DNA from: an uncultured delta proteobacterium
Lineage (GTDB): Bacteria > Myxococcota_A > Polyangia > Polyangiales > Polyangiaceae
NCBI GenBank assembly: GCA_963716725.1
Contig: CAVQUB010000004.1
Coordinates: 64,001-128,000, forward strand
Direction of reading: 5' to 3'
Length of the DNA stretch: 64,000 nt
Both the position numbers and the translations under genes were made by a program. The notes beneath the pieces are model-generated. The model was not told the origin of the DNA. It did no database searches and saw only the letters and a program-made list of their open reading frames with translations. Below, one piece after another: positions 53,040-63,823 of this stretch (its first letter is position 1; the number at the start of each line of letters is the position of its first letter).

Positions 53040-53582
53040 CTAACGCCTCAGTTCTCCCATGATGCGGGCTTGGTCTATGGCTCGGTTCACGCGAGGATTG
53101 TCGGCTTCGATGCGCCAACGCAGCGTCGACTCACCGTCTTCAGCGTAGCGCTTGTAGAGCAGGATCACTACTCTGCCCACCAGCTCCGCTTCGAAGCTCT
53201 TGACGAAGCCGAAGCTCGGGTTCGTCGGGGGGATGCTCAGGCTGAGGCTTTCGGACACGCTCGGTCCCTTGAGCGCAGGGGGCAGCGGCGCCAGGGTGAT
53301 CACGAAGCTCTCGGCCTGGCCCGTGCTGTCGCGCGTGACCGTGACCACCTTGGCGCGCATGATTCCGTCCGCCAGCGCGGCCCGGCGCCCGACGGGGTCC
53401 GCAGCCTCCGCCTCGCCGCCGAACACCTCGGCGCTCAAGCGATCGTCGAGCAGCGCCGCGTCAGACGCGGTAAATGGTGGCAAATGGGCTAGGTCTGGGT
53501 CGGCTGCGGGTCGGGGGCCGCTGGGGCCACAGGCAGCGACGCAGGCCACCAGAGCGGCGACGATCGAACGAGTGGGGGGCAT
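53040..53582 (-). CDS. Hypothetical lipoprotein
   Basis: VAAC lipobox; stop abuts the map start. Confidence 0.7.
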   Translation of the reverse strand: MPPTRSIVAALVACVAACGPSGPRPAADPDLAHLPPFTASDAALLDDRLSAEVFGGEAEAADPVGRRAALADGIMRAKVVTVTRDSTGQAESFVITLAPLPPALKGPSVSESLSLSIPPTNPSFGFVKSFEAELVGRVVILLYKRYAEDGESTLRWRIEADNPRVNRAIDQARIMGELRR

Positions 53583-53740
53583 GAGGGGTGGATCGATTTC
53601 CAGGCTGCCGGAGCTTGCTCCATCGTCTGCCGCCGTCCAACGTCTAAGCTGAGCGGCCGCTTGAGCGGCAGCGCGCTTCGGTGCTAGCGTCCCGCGGCCC
53701 GCAGTACAGTACCCACCAAGGATTTCGGGAGGATAGCCAA

Positions 53741-54595
53741 ATGTTGCTCCGCGTCTTCGGGATGCTCTCCATCACCAGCGTACTTGCCCTCGGCCTCGCC
53801 GCCGCGCCTGCCTCCGCCCAGGGGAAGGGCAAGGCGGCCGCCAAGAAGAAGGCAGAGGAGCCCGCTCCCACCGGACCGGCGAAGATGAAGGGCAAGCTCG
53901 GGCTGAGCCCCAAAGGGCTGGGCTGGAACGCCTCGCTCGAGGCCGTCGCCAAGATCTACGACAAGGTCTTCGACCAAGAATTCATGCCCCTTTACAAGAA
54001 GGCGCAGCCTGGCCCGGGCATGGATGCCCTCGACGCCGAGTTGGCGGACAAGAAGGCGCTGCTTCGGCGGAACAAGATCGCGTTTGCCGATCTGCCCACC
54101 GGCGTCGACTACAGCGCACTCAAGGGTGAGTACAGCTACGGCAACAAGGAGAGCATGACGAGGCTGACGCTGCGCACCGGCGTGACTCGGAACTTCTTCT
54201 TCTTCGACGACAAGGCGTGGAAGGTCTACGACGAGCACAAACTGCGCAAGGGTGGGCCGTACGGTGAGAACTGGGAAGAGGCCAGCGAGATCCTGACCAA
54301 GAAGTTCGGAACCGCCGGATTCAAGGTCGAATCCGACTACGCCAAGGGGCGGAACTACGCGGAGCTGCAGTGGACCGACGGAACGACGGTGATCCGCGCC
54401 ATCGATCGCGGCAACGTCATCGGGCTGGTCTACCAGGACGCCAACGTGTTCTTCAATTTGCCGAAGTACCGCCCGAACAAGCCGAAGAACCCTCACGCGA
54501 TCGACAAGGACGTCGCCGCCGCAACCGCCAAGCCGCCGCCGCCAGAAGAGAAGAAGCCGGCCGGCAAGGGCAAGGGCAAGGGCAAGGGCAAGTAG
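53741..54595 (+). CDS. Secreted Lys-rich hypothetical protein
   Basis: GGAGG RBS, signal peptide ending ASA, GK-repeat tail. Confidence 0.75.
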   Translation: MLLRVFGMLSITSVLALGLAAAPASAQGKGKAAAKKKAEEPAPTGPAKMKGKLGLSPKGLGWNASLEAVAKIYDKVFDQEFMPLYKKAQPGPGMDALDAELADKKALLRRNKIAFADLPTGVDYSALKGEYSYGNKESMTRLTLRTGVTRNFFFFDDKAWKVYDEHKLRKGGPYGENWEEASEILTKKFGTAGFKVESDYAKGRNYAELQWTDGTTVIRAIDRGNVIGLVYQDANVFFNLPKYRPNKPKNPHAIDKDVAAATAKPPPPEEKKPAGKGKGKGKGK

Positions 54596-54636
54596 CGGCG
54601 AACCTGCGCGGGTCGCCCAACAAGGCCCAGTCGAGC

Positions 54637-54903
54637 TCAGTCTGCGAGCTTCTGGGCGCCCTTGGGAACGATGACGCCGGACGAGACCGAGACTTGCGCG
54701 TTGGGCGCGACCGCGCGGATCGCGGGCTCGATGATCTGGCGCCGCGCCAGGGCATTGCCTGGGCAGCCGCCGAAGCGCCCGCTGAGGTGAAGGGTGACGG
54801 AGTCGTCTTCGACCCGAACCAAGTACAGGTCCCCGCCGTCGGCGCGGACCAGCGGTGCCAGTACTTCCCGCAGGACTTGCAGGATTTCGTCTCGAGCGCC
54901 CAT
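54637..54903 (-). CDS. NifU/NfuA C-terminal-like domain protein
   Basis: PLVRADGGDL...LSGRFGGCP; CxxC reads FxxC. Confidence 0.75.
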   Translation of the reverse strand: MGARDEILQVLREVLAPLVRADGGDLYLVRVEDDSVTLHLSGRFGGCPGNALARRQIIEPAIRAVAPNAQVSVSSGVIVPKGAQKLAD

Positions 54904-54929
54904 CGAGGAGAGCGACGCTACCACGGCGC

Positions 54930-54959
54930 TTGACCTGACTCCTACCCTTACTCTACGTT
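54930..54959 (+). promoter_or_regulatory. Candidate sigma-70 promoter for the rpsP operon
   Basis: TTGACC-N18-TACGTT about 120 bp upstream of rpsP. Confidence 0.4.
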
Positions 54960-55080
54960 CCGCCCCCCGCCGCTCGGCCGGCCTCTCCATCCGGGCGCGG
55001 CAGCTCACTGGCGCGACGAGCGCCAGGTGCTACCTTCCCAGGGTCCGGGCGACCCACGATTCGAAGTCTCAGAGGAAACC

Positions 55081-55329
55081 ATGGTCACCATTCGTCTTGC
55101 CCGACACGGCACCAAGAAAACGCCGTTCTACCGCATCGTCGTCACCGACCACCGCCACAAGCGGGACGGGCGCCACATCGAGAACATCGGCACGTTCGAT
55201 CCGAACAAGACCCCGGTGCGCTTCGAGCTCGACCGCAGCCGCTTGGCGTTCTGGACGGAACGCGGTGCCCGCCCGTCGGAAACCGTGACGCGCCTCATCA
55301 AGCGCAACCCGGCTCCCACGGCGGCGTGA
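55081..55329 (+). CDS. rpsP: 30S ribosomal protein S16
   Basis: MVTIRLARHGTKKTPFYRIVV.D...RDGR.IE..G..DP; GAGGA RBS. Confidence 0.97.
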   Translation: MVTIRLARHGTKKTPFYRIVVTDHRHKRDGRHIENIGTFDPNKTPVRFELDRSRLAFWTERGARPSETVTRLIKRNPAPTAA

Positions 55330-55431
55330 GTCTGACCCGGGTCGCAGCTCACCCGAACTCCTCCACACAACTTCCAGCACCCCCTCGGGCGCGTCTTTGA
55401 ACCGCGCCAGCGACCCCGGAGTTCTTCAGTC

Positions 55432-55668
55432 ATGGCTCTCAAGGAATTGATCACCACCATTGCGCGCGCGCTGGTCGACGAACCGGACGCCGTCGAAGTC
55501 ACCGAAATCGAAGGCGACCACAACTCGCTGATCGAGCTGAAGGTGGCCAAGGACGACATCGGCAAGGTCATCGGGAAAGATGGCCGAACCGCTCAGTCGA
55601 TGCGCACCATCCTCACCGCCGCTTCGACCAAGATCGGACGCCGGGCTCACCTCGACATCGTCGATTGA
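55432..55668 (+). CDS. khpA: KH-domain RNA-binding protein
   Basis: ALVDEPD...DIGKVIGKDGRT; canonical position between rpsP and rimM. Confidence 0.92.
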   Translation: MALKELITTIARALVDEPDAVEVTEIEGDHNSLIELKVAKDDIGKVIGKDGRTAQSMRTILTAASTKIGRRAHLDIVD

Positions 55669-56165
55669 AGACGGTCGAGATCGGGCGGGTGCTTCGCCCT
55701 CACGGGCTCCGCGGCGAGCTCAAGGTGCGTCTGCACTGGGACGGCAGCACGACGCTGTCCGACGTGGAGAGCGTGGTGATCGGCGAGGCGGATCAGACCC
55801 GAACCCTCGCGGTCGAGTCCGTGCGGCCTGGCCCCAAGGGCGCGCTGCTGAAGCTCGCGGGCATCGACGACTGCGACGCGGCCCAGGCCCTGGCCGGCGC
55901 GCCGGTGTCCGTCCCGCGGTCCGCGCTGCCCGCGCTCGAAGCGGGGGAGTACTACCTCTCGGATCTGATCGGCGCCGAGGTTTGGGGCCCGGAGGGTCGG
56001 GTGGGCGAAGTGATCGAGGTGCGGCTGCATCCGAGCATCGACTCACTGGTGGTGCGCCGGTCCGACGGCAGCGTGCTCGAACAGGCGCTCACCGAGCCCT
56101 GGCTCGAGTCGGTCGACGTCGAAGCCGGACGCGTCACGCTCACCACCACCGAGGGCCTCGTCTGA
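55665..56165 (+). CDS. rimM: Ribosome maturation factor RimM
   Basis: IGRVLRPHGLRGE and EYYLSDLIG motifs; operon context. Confidence 0.93.
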   Translation: MKTVEIGRVLRPHGLRGELKVRLHWDGSTTLSDVESVVIGEADQTRTLAVESVRPGPKGALLKLAGIDDCDAAQALAGAPVSVPRSALPALEAGEYYLSDLIGAEVWGPEGRVGEVIEVRLHPSIDSLVVRRSDGSVLEQALTEPWLESVDVEAGRVTLTTTEGLV

Positions 56166-56167
56166 AC

Positions 56168-56869
56168 ATGCGCGTCGCTGTGGTGACCCTGTTCCCCGAG
56201 CTGTTTGCGCCCTTCCTGGCCACCAGCTTCGTGCGTCGTGCCATCGAGGGAGGCCAACTGGCCGTCTCGTTGGAAGACCTGCGCCGCCACGGTCTCGGCA
56301 AGCACCTCTCGGTCGACGACACGCCCTACGGGGGCGGCTCCGGAATGGTCATGCGCGTGGACTGCGTGGTGGCGGCCGTGGAGGCCGCCGAGGCTGGGCT
56401 CGGAGCGCGGGCGCAGCGCGTGCTGCTCACTCCGGGCGGTGAGCGCCTCGGCCAGCGTCACCTCGAAGAGTTCTCCGAGCGCGAGTCGCTGCTGCTGATC
56501 GCAGGTCGCTACGAGGGCTTCGACGAACGCATCTCGGGCTTCGTCGACCAAGAGCTGTCGCTCGGCGATTTCGTGCTGACCGGCGGTGAGGTCGCGGCAA
56601 TGGCCGTGATCGAAGGAAGCGCCCGACTGCTGCCCGGAGTGCTGGGCAACGCCGACTCTCCCCGGGAGGAGTCCTTCAGCGGGAACTGGGGCGGGCTGCT
56701 CGAGTACCCACAATTCACGCGGCCGGCGGAGTTCCGCGGCGCCGGCGTGCCCGAGATCCTCAAGAGCGGCGACCACGCAAAGATCGCGGCCTGGCGCCAG
56801 GAGCAGGCGATCGAGCGCACCCGGGCGCGCCGGCCGGATCTGCTCCACGGCAACAAGGGCGAGACGTGA
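56168..56869 (+). CDS. trmD: tRNA (guanine-37-N1)-methyltransferase
   Basis: TLFPE, VDDTPYGGGSGM, GRYEGFDER, SLGDFVLTGGE and LLEYPQFTRP motifs. Confidence 0.97.
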   Translation: MRVAVVTLFPELFAPFLATSFVRRAIEGGQLAVSLEDLRRHGLGKHLSVDDTPYGGGSGMVMRVDCVVAAVEAAEAGLGARAQRVLLTPGGERLGQRHLEEFSERESLLLIAGRYEGFDERISGFVDQELSLGDFVLTGGEVAAMAVIEGSARLLPGVLGNADSPREESFSGNWGGLLEYPQFTRPAEFRGAGVPEILKSGDHAKIAAWRQEQAIERTRARRPDLLHGNKGET

Positions 56870-57417
56870 GGCGGGTAGCGGCGCTCCTGGCGCATCACCC
56901 GGTGCTCGACCGCCAGGGTCAGGTGATCACCACGGCCATCACCAATCTGGATCTGCACGACATTGGCCGAAGCGCGTACACGATGGGGCTCGGCGACTTC
57001 TTCGTCGCGCACCCGGTGGGGGCGCAGCGCGAGCTCGCACTGCGCGTTCGCGAGCACTGGACCTCCGGCAGCGGTGCGCGGCGCATCCCCGATCGCAAAC
57101 CGCCGATGGAGTGCCTGAGAGTGGTCGAGTCCATCGACGACGCACTGGCCGCGCTCGGACCAGCGGAGATCTGGGTCACGAGTGCTCAGCGTGCCGCCTC
57201 CACCCTCGATTTTGCAGGTGCCCGCGCGCGTCTGTCGGAGCCCGGGCCGGCGGTGCTGCTCGTGTTCGGCACCGGCTGGGGGCTCGCCCCTGCCATCATC
57301 GAGCGCGCCGCGGTGCGGCTCTGCCCCATCGAGTCGCCGCGGCCCGACGGCTTCAATCACCTGAGCGTGCGGGCTGCCGCCGCCATCATTTTCGACCGAT
57401 TGCTCGGCCGGCCCTGA
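56866..57417 (+). CDS. SPOUT-family RNA methyltransferase (DUF2168-like)
   Basis: HHPVL...TAITNLDLHDI, LLVFGTGWGL and NHLSVRAA motifs. Confidence 0.85.
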   Translation: MRRVAALLAHHPVLDRQGQVITTAITNLDLHDIGRSAYTMGLGDFFVAHPVGAQRELALRVREHWTSGSGARRIPDRKPPMECLRVVESIDDALAALGPAEIWVTSAQRAASTLDFAGARARLSEPGPAVLLVFGTGWGLAPAIIERAAVRLCPIESPRPDGFNHLSVRAAAAIIFDRLLGRP

Positions 57418-58114
57418 CGGCGGAGAGCTCCGGGCTCGGGCGGCCGCGGCCCTCCCACTCGACCAGCGGCGCTTCGACCACGAGTCCGCCGGCCTTGGCC
57501 CGTCGCACCTCGACCAGCGCAATGCGCGCTGGCTCGGACGCGAAGGAGTGGACGAAACACAGGCGTTTGGGCGTGAGCCCGTGGGCCTCGCAGAGCGACA
57601 AGAGCCGCACCAGGTTGCCTGCCGGGTAGACGAAGGCGGCGCGGACCCGGCTCGAAGCGATGGCCAGGGCCGCCGTGCGGACGAAGGGCTCGAGGGCGCC
57701 ACAGCGGCCCGGCTCGCGGTCGCTGCGTGCGGCGCGCCGCTCGTTCGGCTCGAAGAAGGGTGGATTGGAGACGATCAGATCGAAATCGCCATCGATGCGG
57801 GCGCGTGAAACGTCGGCGGTGATCACTTGCGCGTCGATCGAAGCGCGCGCGAGGTTCGCCGAGCAGAGCCCCGCCAGCATCGGATCTTTTTCGACCAGTG
57901 TCGCGCGCACGACGCCCGCGAAGTGGTGCGCGATGAGCGTCACCGCGCCGGCGCCGGCGCCCAGGTCCAGGAGGTGTCCCAGGCGGCGGTGGCCGGCGGC
58001 AAAGGCCCCGAGCCAGAGCGCGTCGACGTTGAATCGATAGCCGCTCGTCGGCTGTTCGACGACGAGCGCCCCGTCGAAGAGTGCGTCGGTTGTCGTCTTG
58101 CGGGCCGCGGTCAC
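57386..58114 (-). CDS. tRNA1(Val) adenine-37 N6-methyltransferase-like protein
   Basis: QP..GYRFNVDA, LDLGAGAG and SNPPFF; GTG overlaps the upstream TGA. Confidence 0.85.
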   Translation of the reverse strand: MTAARKTTTDALFDGALVVEQPTSGYRFNVDALWLGAFAAGHRRLGHLLDLGAGAGAVTLIAHHFAGVVRATLVEKDPMLAGLCSANLARASIDAQVITADVSRARIDGDFDLIVSNPPFFEPNERRAARSDREPGRCGALEPFVRTAALAIASSRVRAAFVYPAGNLVRLLSLCEAHGLTPKRLCFVHSFASEPARIALVEVRRAKAGGLVVEAPLVEWEGRGRPSPELSAVRAGRAIGRK

Positions 58115-59352
58115 TTGAGCTGGAAAGGCCGGAGCCCGCGCAGCGTGACGCTGGTGACGCTGTTGGGGAAGACGCGTACGTCGAAGTAGCCGAGGCTCAC
58201 CAGTTTGTCCTGGTCGCCGCCGGGCACGAGGCCGGTGCCGGCAACTCGGGTGAAGGTCCCCGCGCTGCCTCCGCCTTTGACGTCGAAGGCAGAGTAGAGC
58301 GCGGTCTTGCCGGTGCCGATCTCGCGACGGCTGCCCTCCGGGAGCGGATCGTCCTCGCTGTCGTTGAAGTACTCGAGAGCGACTCGGTTCTGCGACACGT
58401 CCACTCGGGCAAACTGCAGGCGTACGTTGCCGCAGTCGTGCACCTCGCCGCCGATGATGCCGTTGCCATCGGTGACGGTCTTGCCAATGGCCGCCGTTGG
58501 GATGGTTCCGTAGTCGTCCTCGGCGAGCGCGCGGATCTTGTAGGTGTAGGTCCCGGCCGATGCGTCGTAGTCGGGATCGCCCTCGTGCACGTAAACGTTG
58601 TAGGTGTAGAGGGGCGACCAGCCTGGGCCGTAGGTCTTGATCACGAGCTCCGTGTTCATGGGCACGTCCGCGTACTCGTACTCTCGATCGAATCGGATCT
58701 TGTCGACGCAAGAGTCCTTCACCGTCGTCTCCACCAACGTCATGCTGTCGGTGGCCTCGATCGTCGAGCCGATGAGCTGGCCCAGCGAGCCGTCGGTGGC
58801 GGGATCACCGGTGCGCTTCACGGAGTAGACCTCGATCTTCACGCCGCCGTGCGACGCGGCGCTCGGGCAGCTGCTCCCGGCGGCGCACCAGCCCGTGCCT
58901 TCGGTGTTGATCAGGTCGTACTTGCCGCAGCCACCATTGGAGAAGGGGCGCAGGACGCCGGTGAGCTTGACGGTCTTGCTGCTGGCCGCCGGCGGGGTCG
59001 GGTAGCCCTCGGGATCGAAGCACTTCAAGTCCGGCGGAGCGCCGTTCGGGTCGGCGTACTCGGTCGTGTCCGTGGTCCGCACCAGGTACTTACTCGACGC
59101 CGAATTGCCGGGCTCACCCACCATCACGCAGCAACTGTCGACGGGGCGGTTGGCACAGGTCGGCGTTCCAACGCAGCTGCCGGCGCAGAACTCGTCGTTG
59201 GCGGGTCGGGTCGAGCCCTTGCACTCGCCCGCGCCGTTGTTCGTGTAGTCCTTGCTCCCGGAGCCTCCCGAGCCGGCGGGGTTCTTTTCGTCCGAGCAGC
59301 CGAGGGGAAGGGAGGCAACCAGGCACAGGGCAGTCGTGATCAGGATACGCAT
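58111..59352 (-). CDS. Cys-rich hypothetical lipoprotein
   Basis: LPLGC lipobox, multiple paired Cys, beta-rich composition. Confidence 0.75.
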   Translation of the reverse strand: MRILITTALCLVASLPLGCSDEKNPAGSGGSGSKDYTNNGAGECKGSTRPANDEFCAGSCVGTPTCANRPVDSCCVMVGEPGNSASSKYLVRTTDTTEYADPNGAPPDLKCFDPEGYPTPPAASSKTVKLTGVLRPFSNGGCGKYDLINTEGTGWCAAGSSCPSAASHGGVKIEVYSVKRTGDPATDGSLGQLIGSTIEATDSMTLVETTVKDSCVDKIRFDREYEYADVPMNTELVIKTYGPGWSPLYTYNVYVHEGDPDYDASAGTYTYKIRALAEDDYGTIPTAAIGKTVTDGNGIIGGEVHDCGNVRLQFARVDVSQNRVALEYFNDSEDDPLPEGSRREIGTGKTALYSAFDVKGGGSAGTFTRVAGTGLVPGGDQDKLVSLGYFDVRVFPNSVTSVTLRGLRPFQLK

Positions 59353-59571
59353 GGGGTGCACCTCTCCGGGCGGGTTTGCGGCCCGCCCGCTTGAAGAAAG
59401 CCGTGCGCCCCACGTCTTACGGGGCGACGGTCGCCTGAAACTTAGCGAAGAACGCCGGCCCTCGCATGCATTTTGGGCCGGCGGGACCGCTACGGCATTG
59501 AAGGGCGGGGCGTTTGGTGGCAGATCCCCGCGCCGCTCGGCGCCGAGCGGCTTTCAGGGGGCATGGCGATC

Positions 59572-60843
59572 ATGAACGGATACCGACGGATGAACTCAGT
59601 GTGGGCGGGCCTGATCGCCCTTGCCGTGGCTACCCCCGCCGTCGGTGAGGACCTGGCTGCGGCCGCCAAGAAGCCGCCCAAGGATCCCGAGGCGGCCCTC
59701 GCGCTGGGGCGATCGCTGCGTCGCGCGGGCATGTTCGACGAGGGCGTCCGGGTCCTTCGCGGGGCCGCGCTGCGCGCGCAAGGGGAGCTGTCGGTGGCCG
59801 CTCGCTACGAAGCGGCGCGGACGCTGATCGCGGCGAATCGCCAGAAGGACGCGCTGCGGGAGTGCCAAGGCATCAAGGCAAGAAGCAAGGTCAGGTGGGA
59901 GACTTGCTTCGCGGAGGCTCAGCTGCTTTGGAAGCGGGCGTCGCTCGCGCTGCCCGCCGCCGAGCGCGCACTCGCGGAGTCCCCGGACAACTACGACGCG
60001 CTGGTGGCAAAGGGTCGCGCCCAACGCATGCTCGGGAAGAACGCCGAGTCCGAAGCCGCGTTCAAAGCCGCCATCGTCAAGGACGGGTCCCGCTTCGAGG
60101 CGCCGATGTTCTACTCGGAGTTGCTCTCGGGCTTGGGCAGGGGCACCGAGACCGTGGCGGCGTTGCGCAAAGCGCACGCGGCAGCGCCCGAAGAACCCGA
60201 GCCCACTTTGGCCCTCGCCTCGGAGCTGCCTGCCGGAGCCGAGGCCACCAAGCTGCTGCTCGACGCGCTGTCGATTCGACCGAAATACGGTCCGGCCCAG
60301 GCGCGGCTCGGGGACGTTCACTTGGAGCTTGGCAAGGTGGCAGAGGCCGAGACGGCGTTCCGCGCGGCCATCGCCATCAACGCCAAGGTCGCCGACTGGC
60401 AGGCTGGGCTCGCCCGGGCGCTGGTCGCCAAGAACGACTGGGACGAGGCGCTCAAAGCCAGCGCCGTCGCGCTCAAGCTCGTGGGAAACCATGGCCTGGC
60501 CATGCTCGCCGAGGCCGACGCCACCGCGGGCAAGGGCGAGATCGATCTGGCCATCGAGGCCTACGAGAAGGCTGCCAGTTTCACCCGCGACAGCCCAAAT
60601 CCCCTCGTGCACGCGGCGCGGGCCTGCCTCCGCCAGAACCGCCCCACCACCGCCCGCGCCTTCGCCGATCGCGCGACCCAGTCCTTCGAAGCGTTTGCGC
60701 CCGCCTGGCTGGTCCTGGGCGACGTTGCCGTCGCGACGAAGGACAAGGGCGCGGCAAAGCAGGCGTATCAGAAGGCGCTGTCGGCGCCCCGCGGAAGCAT
60801 CGACAAGGCCGAAGTGAAGAAGAAGCTCGCGGCCATCAAGTGA
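59572..60843 (+). CDS. Secreted TPR-repeat protein
   Basis: Signal peptide and multiple TPR units (AQARLGDVHLELGKVAEA; AWLVLGD); start approximate. Confidence 0.85.
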   Translation: MNGYRRMNSVWAGLIALAVATPAVGEDLAAAAKKPPKDPEAALALGRSLRRAGMFDEGVRVLRGAALRAQGELSVAARYEAARTLIAANRQKDALRECQGIKARSKVRWETCFAEAQLLWKRASLALPAAERALAESPDNYDALVAKGRAQRMLGKNAESEAAFKAAIVKDGSRFEAPMFYSELLSGLGRGTETVAALRKAHAAAPEEPEPTLALASELPAGAEATKLLLDALSIRPKYGPAQARLGDVHLELGKVAEAETAFRAAIAINAKVADWQAGLARALVAKNDWDEALKASAVALKLVGNHGLAMLAEADATAGKGEIDLAIEAYEKAASFTRDSPNPLVHAARACLRQNRPTTARAFADRATQSFEAFAPAWLVLGDVAVATKDKGAAKQAYQKALSAPRGSIDKAEVKKKLAAIK

Positions 60844-61724
60844 GCAACGACGGGACTCGGCGCCCTGGGGTGTTCGCGCCGACCAGCGCGTTCTGGCGGC
60901 GCCTGGCCTACCTCGGCGCGCGCTACGGACCCCGGCCCTGGCTTCGCTTCAGTCCGCCGGTCATCGGTCTGGCGTTTGCGCTGGCGCTGCCCACGTTGCG
61001 CCGACGCGTCCAGAGCAATCTGCGTCGTGCGCTGGGGCGGCGGGGCATCATCGCAGAGCAACTGGACATCGCGCGCACCTTCATCAGCTACGCCGGGTGC
61101 CTGGCCGAAGCCCTGGGTGGCGAACGAGCCGAGGCCGCGAGCGCCGTCAGGCGCCTCGACGAGGAAGAGACGCGCTCCCTGCTCGAGTCCGGCAGCGGAA
61201 TGATCGTCGGGACCGCGCACTTCGGCGCTTGGGACGCCGCGGCCCCACTTCTGGCTCGGGACTTCGGTCGACCCGTCGTGGTCGCGATGCAGGCGGAGGC
61301 CGACCCCGCCGCGCGGGCCATCCACGATGCGGTCCGGGCGCGGGCCGGCGTTCGGGTCGTCCACGTCGGGACCCACCCCCTGGACGCGCTCGCCCTGCTG
61401 CACCACCTGCGAGACGGAGGCATCGTGGCCGTGCAACTGGACCGCGTCGCGCCGGGGGGGCGTAGCCTGAGCGTGCCATTCTTGGGCCGGAGCCTCGAGA
61501 TGCCCGAGGGGCCCTTTTTGCTGGCCTCGATGGCTCAGGTGCCGCTGGTCGCCCTCTTCGTCCGGCGAGCGGGCTTTCTGGACTACGAAATGAGCGCCGG
61601 CGGCGTGGTGTCGCTGCCCAGGGGCGCTCGCGGGGCCGATCTGCTGGCGGCGGCAGGCCGCGTCGCCGAGGCGATCGAGCGATCGGTCCGGTCGTGCCCG
61701 ACCCAGTGGTTCGACTTCGGCTGA
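60840..61724 (+). CDS. Lipid A / lysophospholipid acyltransferase (LpxL/HtrB family)
   Basis: TAHFGAWD, VPFLGR...GP and C-terminal PTQWF; GTG overlaps the upstream TGA. Confidence 0.85.
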   Translation: MSNDGTRRPGVFAPTSAFWRRLAYLGARYGPRPWLRFSPPVIGLAFALALPTLRRRVQSNLRRALGRRGIIAEQLDIARTFISYAGCLAEALGGERAEAASAVRRLDEEETRSLLESGSGMIVGTAHFGAWDAAAPLLARDFGRPVVVAMQAEADPAARAIHDAVRARAGVRVVHVGTHPLDALALLHHLRDGGIVAVQLDRVAPGGRSLSVPFLGRSLEMPEGPFLLASMAQVPLVALFVRRAGFLDYEMSAGGVVSLPRGARGADLLAAAGRVAEAIERSVRSCPTQWFDFG

Positions 61725-61768
61725 AAGCGATGGCGCTCCGCGCCTGGGTTTGGCAATAAGGTCCCCCC

Positions 61769-62580
<812 letters not shown>

Positions 62581-62584
<4 letters not shown>

Positions 62585-63552
62585 AGCGCCGCTCAGCAGC
62601 GATTTCCAATGATCCGATCGCCGCCGAGGCAGCACGCGAATACCTCGCGGCGGGAGCCTCGGCCGTGGGCGCGGTGCTCGCCGGGTTTTTCGCAGCTGCC
62701 GGTGCCCACGCCGGAGTGTTGCTCGGGCCCGCTACGTTGCTGATGGGTGGGGTGGGCGTTGGCGCGCGGGTGTTCGACGGGCGACTGCGCCAACCCGGCG
62801 TGGGAGCGAAGCGCCCGCGCGGCGTGGTGGCCTCCGCTGCGGTGCCGGATGCCGCGAAGGTCGCAGTGCCAACGGCGATCACCGCCCTCGCGGTGGCGCA
62901 CGCCTACGATGGCGGCAAGAGCCTCGGTGGCGTGATCAAGCCGGGGATCGCGCGGGCGGAGCGCGGTGGGGCCGACGAGCGGGCGGGCGTGCTCCAGCTC
63001 GTGCGCGGCGCGGGGGCCGGAGCGTTTCGAGATGCGGGCTTCATTCGCGCGATGTTGCGCGTCGCCGGTCCCAGTCAGGGCGGCCTGCTCTCGCCCGCGG
63101 ACTTTGCCGCCGTGCCCAAGGTGGACGCCGAGGCGGTGACGCGCGGTCGAGGGTCGGACCGGATTCTGGAGGCACCCTGGGCTGCGGCGGCCGCGGGCAT
63201 GGACGTCGAGCCGATCGGGCTCGGGTTTGCCGTGTGCGCGGTGGACGTCCGCCGGGTGCTCGCGGCGCTGTGCTACCGACGGGTGACGTCAGGCTTCACC
63301 GTGGATGAACTCGAACTCGAAGCCCCCCTCGCGGCCGTTCCCGTCATGCGGGGCGTGCCCCGCGTTTCGCCGGGGGAGCCGTTGCTGGCTCCGGCTCCGA
63401 TGGTCATCATCGCGGACGCGTCGAATACGACCATGGAAGTCGCGGCGTTGCCCGGCGCAACGGCGCTCAGCGACGCCGATCTCGACTCGCTCTCATTGCG
63501 GCTGCGCTGTCATCTCGCCACCGGCGAGGTGGACGTGCTCGCCGGCGCCTGA
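62581..63552 (+). CDS. Gamma-glutamyltransferase-like protein, compact, lacking the Thr nucleophile
   Basis: DPIAAEAA...AGASAV, FDGR, VAVP, KPGIARAE.G and GGLLSPADF match GGT large-subunit motifs. Confidence 0.65.
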
Positions 63553-63562
63553 GAAGCCTCGC

Positions 63563-63787
63563 TCAGTTCGAGGCGTTGAGCTTCTTGGCGTACGCCAGGA
63601 GGCCGATCTTGTCGATCGTGCGCAGGTCACCCGCGGTGAGCTTGAGCGTCACGTAGCGGCCGAGCTCCGGCACGAAGAGGCGCCGCTTCTGAACATTCAC
63701 GTTCTGCCAGCGCGGCGTCTTGATGTTCGAGTGGGATACGTTCCTGGCACGCATCCGGCGCTTTCCGGTCAGTTCGCTTCGGGCCAT
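63563..63787 (-). CDS. rpmB: 50S ribosomal protein L28
   Basis: MARSELTGK...NVSHSN.KT.R...NVQ...LRTIDK.G. Confidence 0.93.
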   Translation of the reverse strand: MARSELTGKRRMRARNVSHSNIKTPRWQNVNVQKRRLFVPELGRYVTLKLTAGDLRTIDKIGLLAYAKKLNASN

Positions 63788-63823
63788 AGGGGGCGCGTAT
63801 TTCAGCTCAGCCGTACCCCTCAT

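Noticed and set aside
51333..53492. Long antisense ORFs (also 3175-5316, 6516-8492, 33350-35284 and 36647-38668)
   Set aside because: Shadow or alternate frames of real genes, expected at this GC content, with no recognisable motifs
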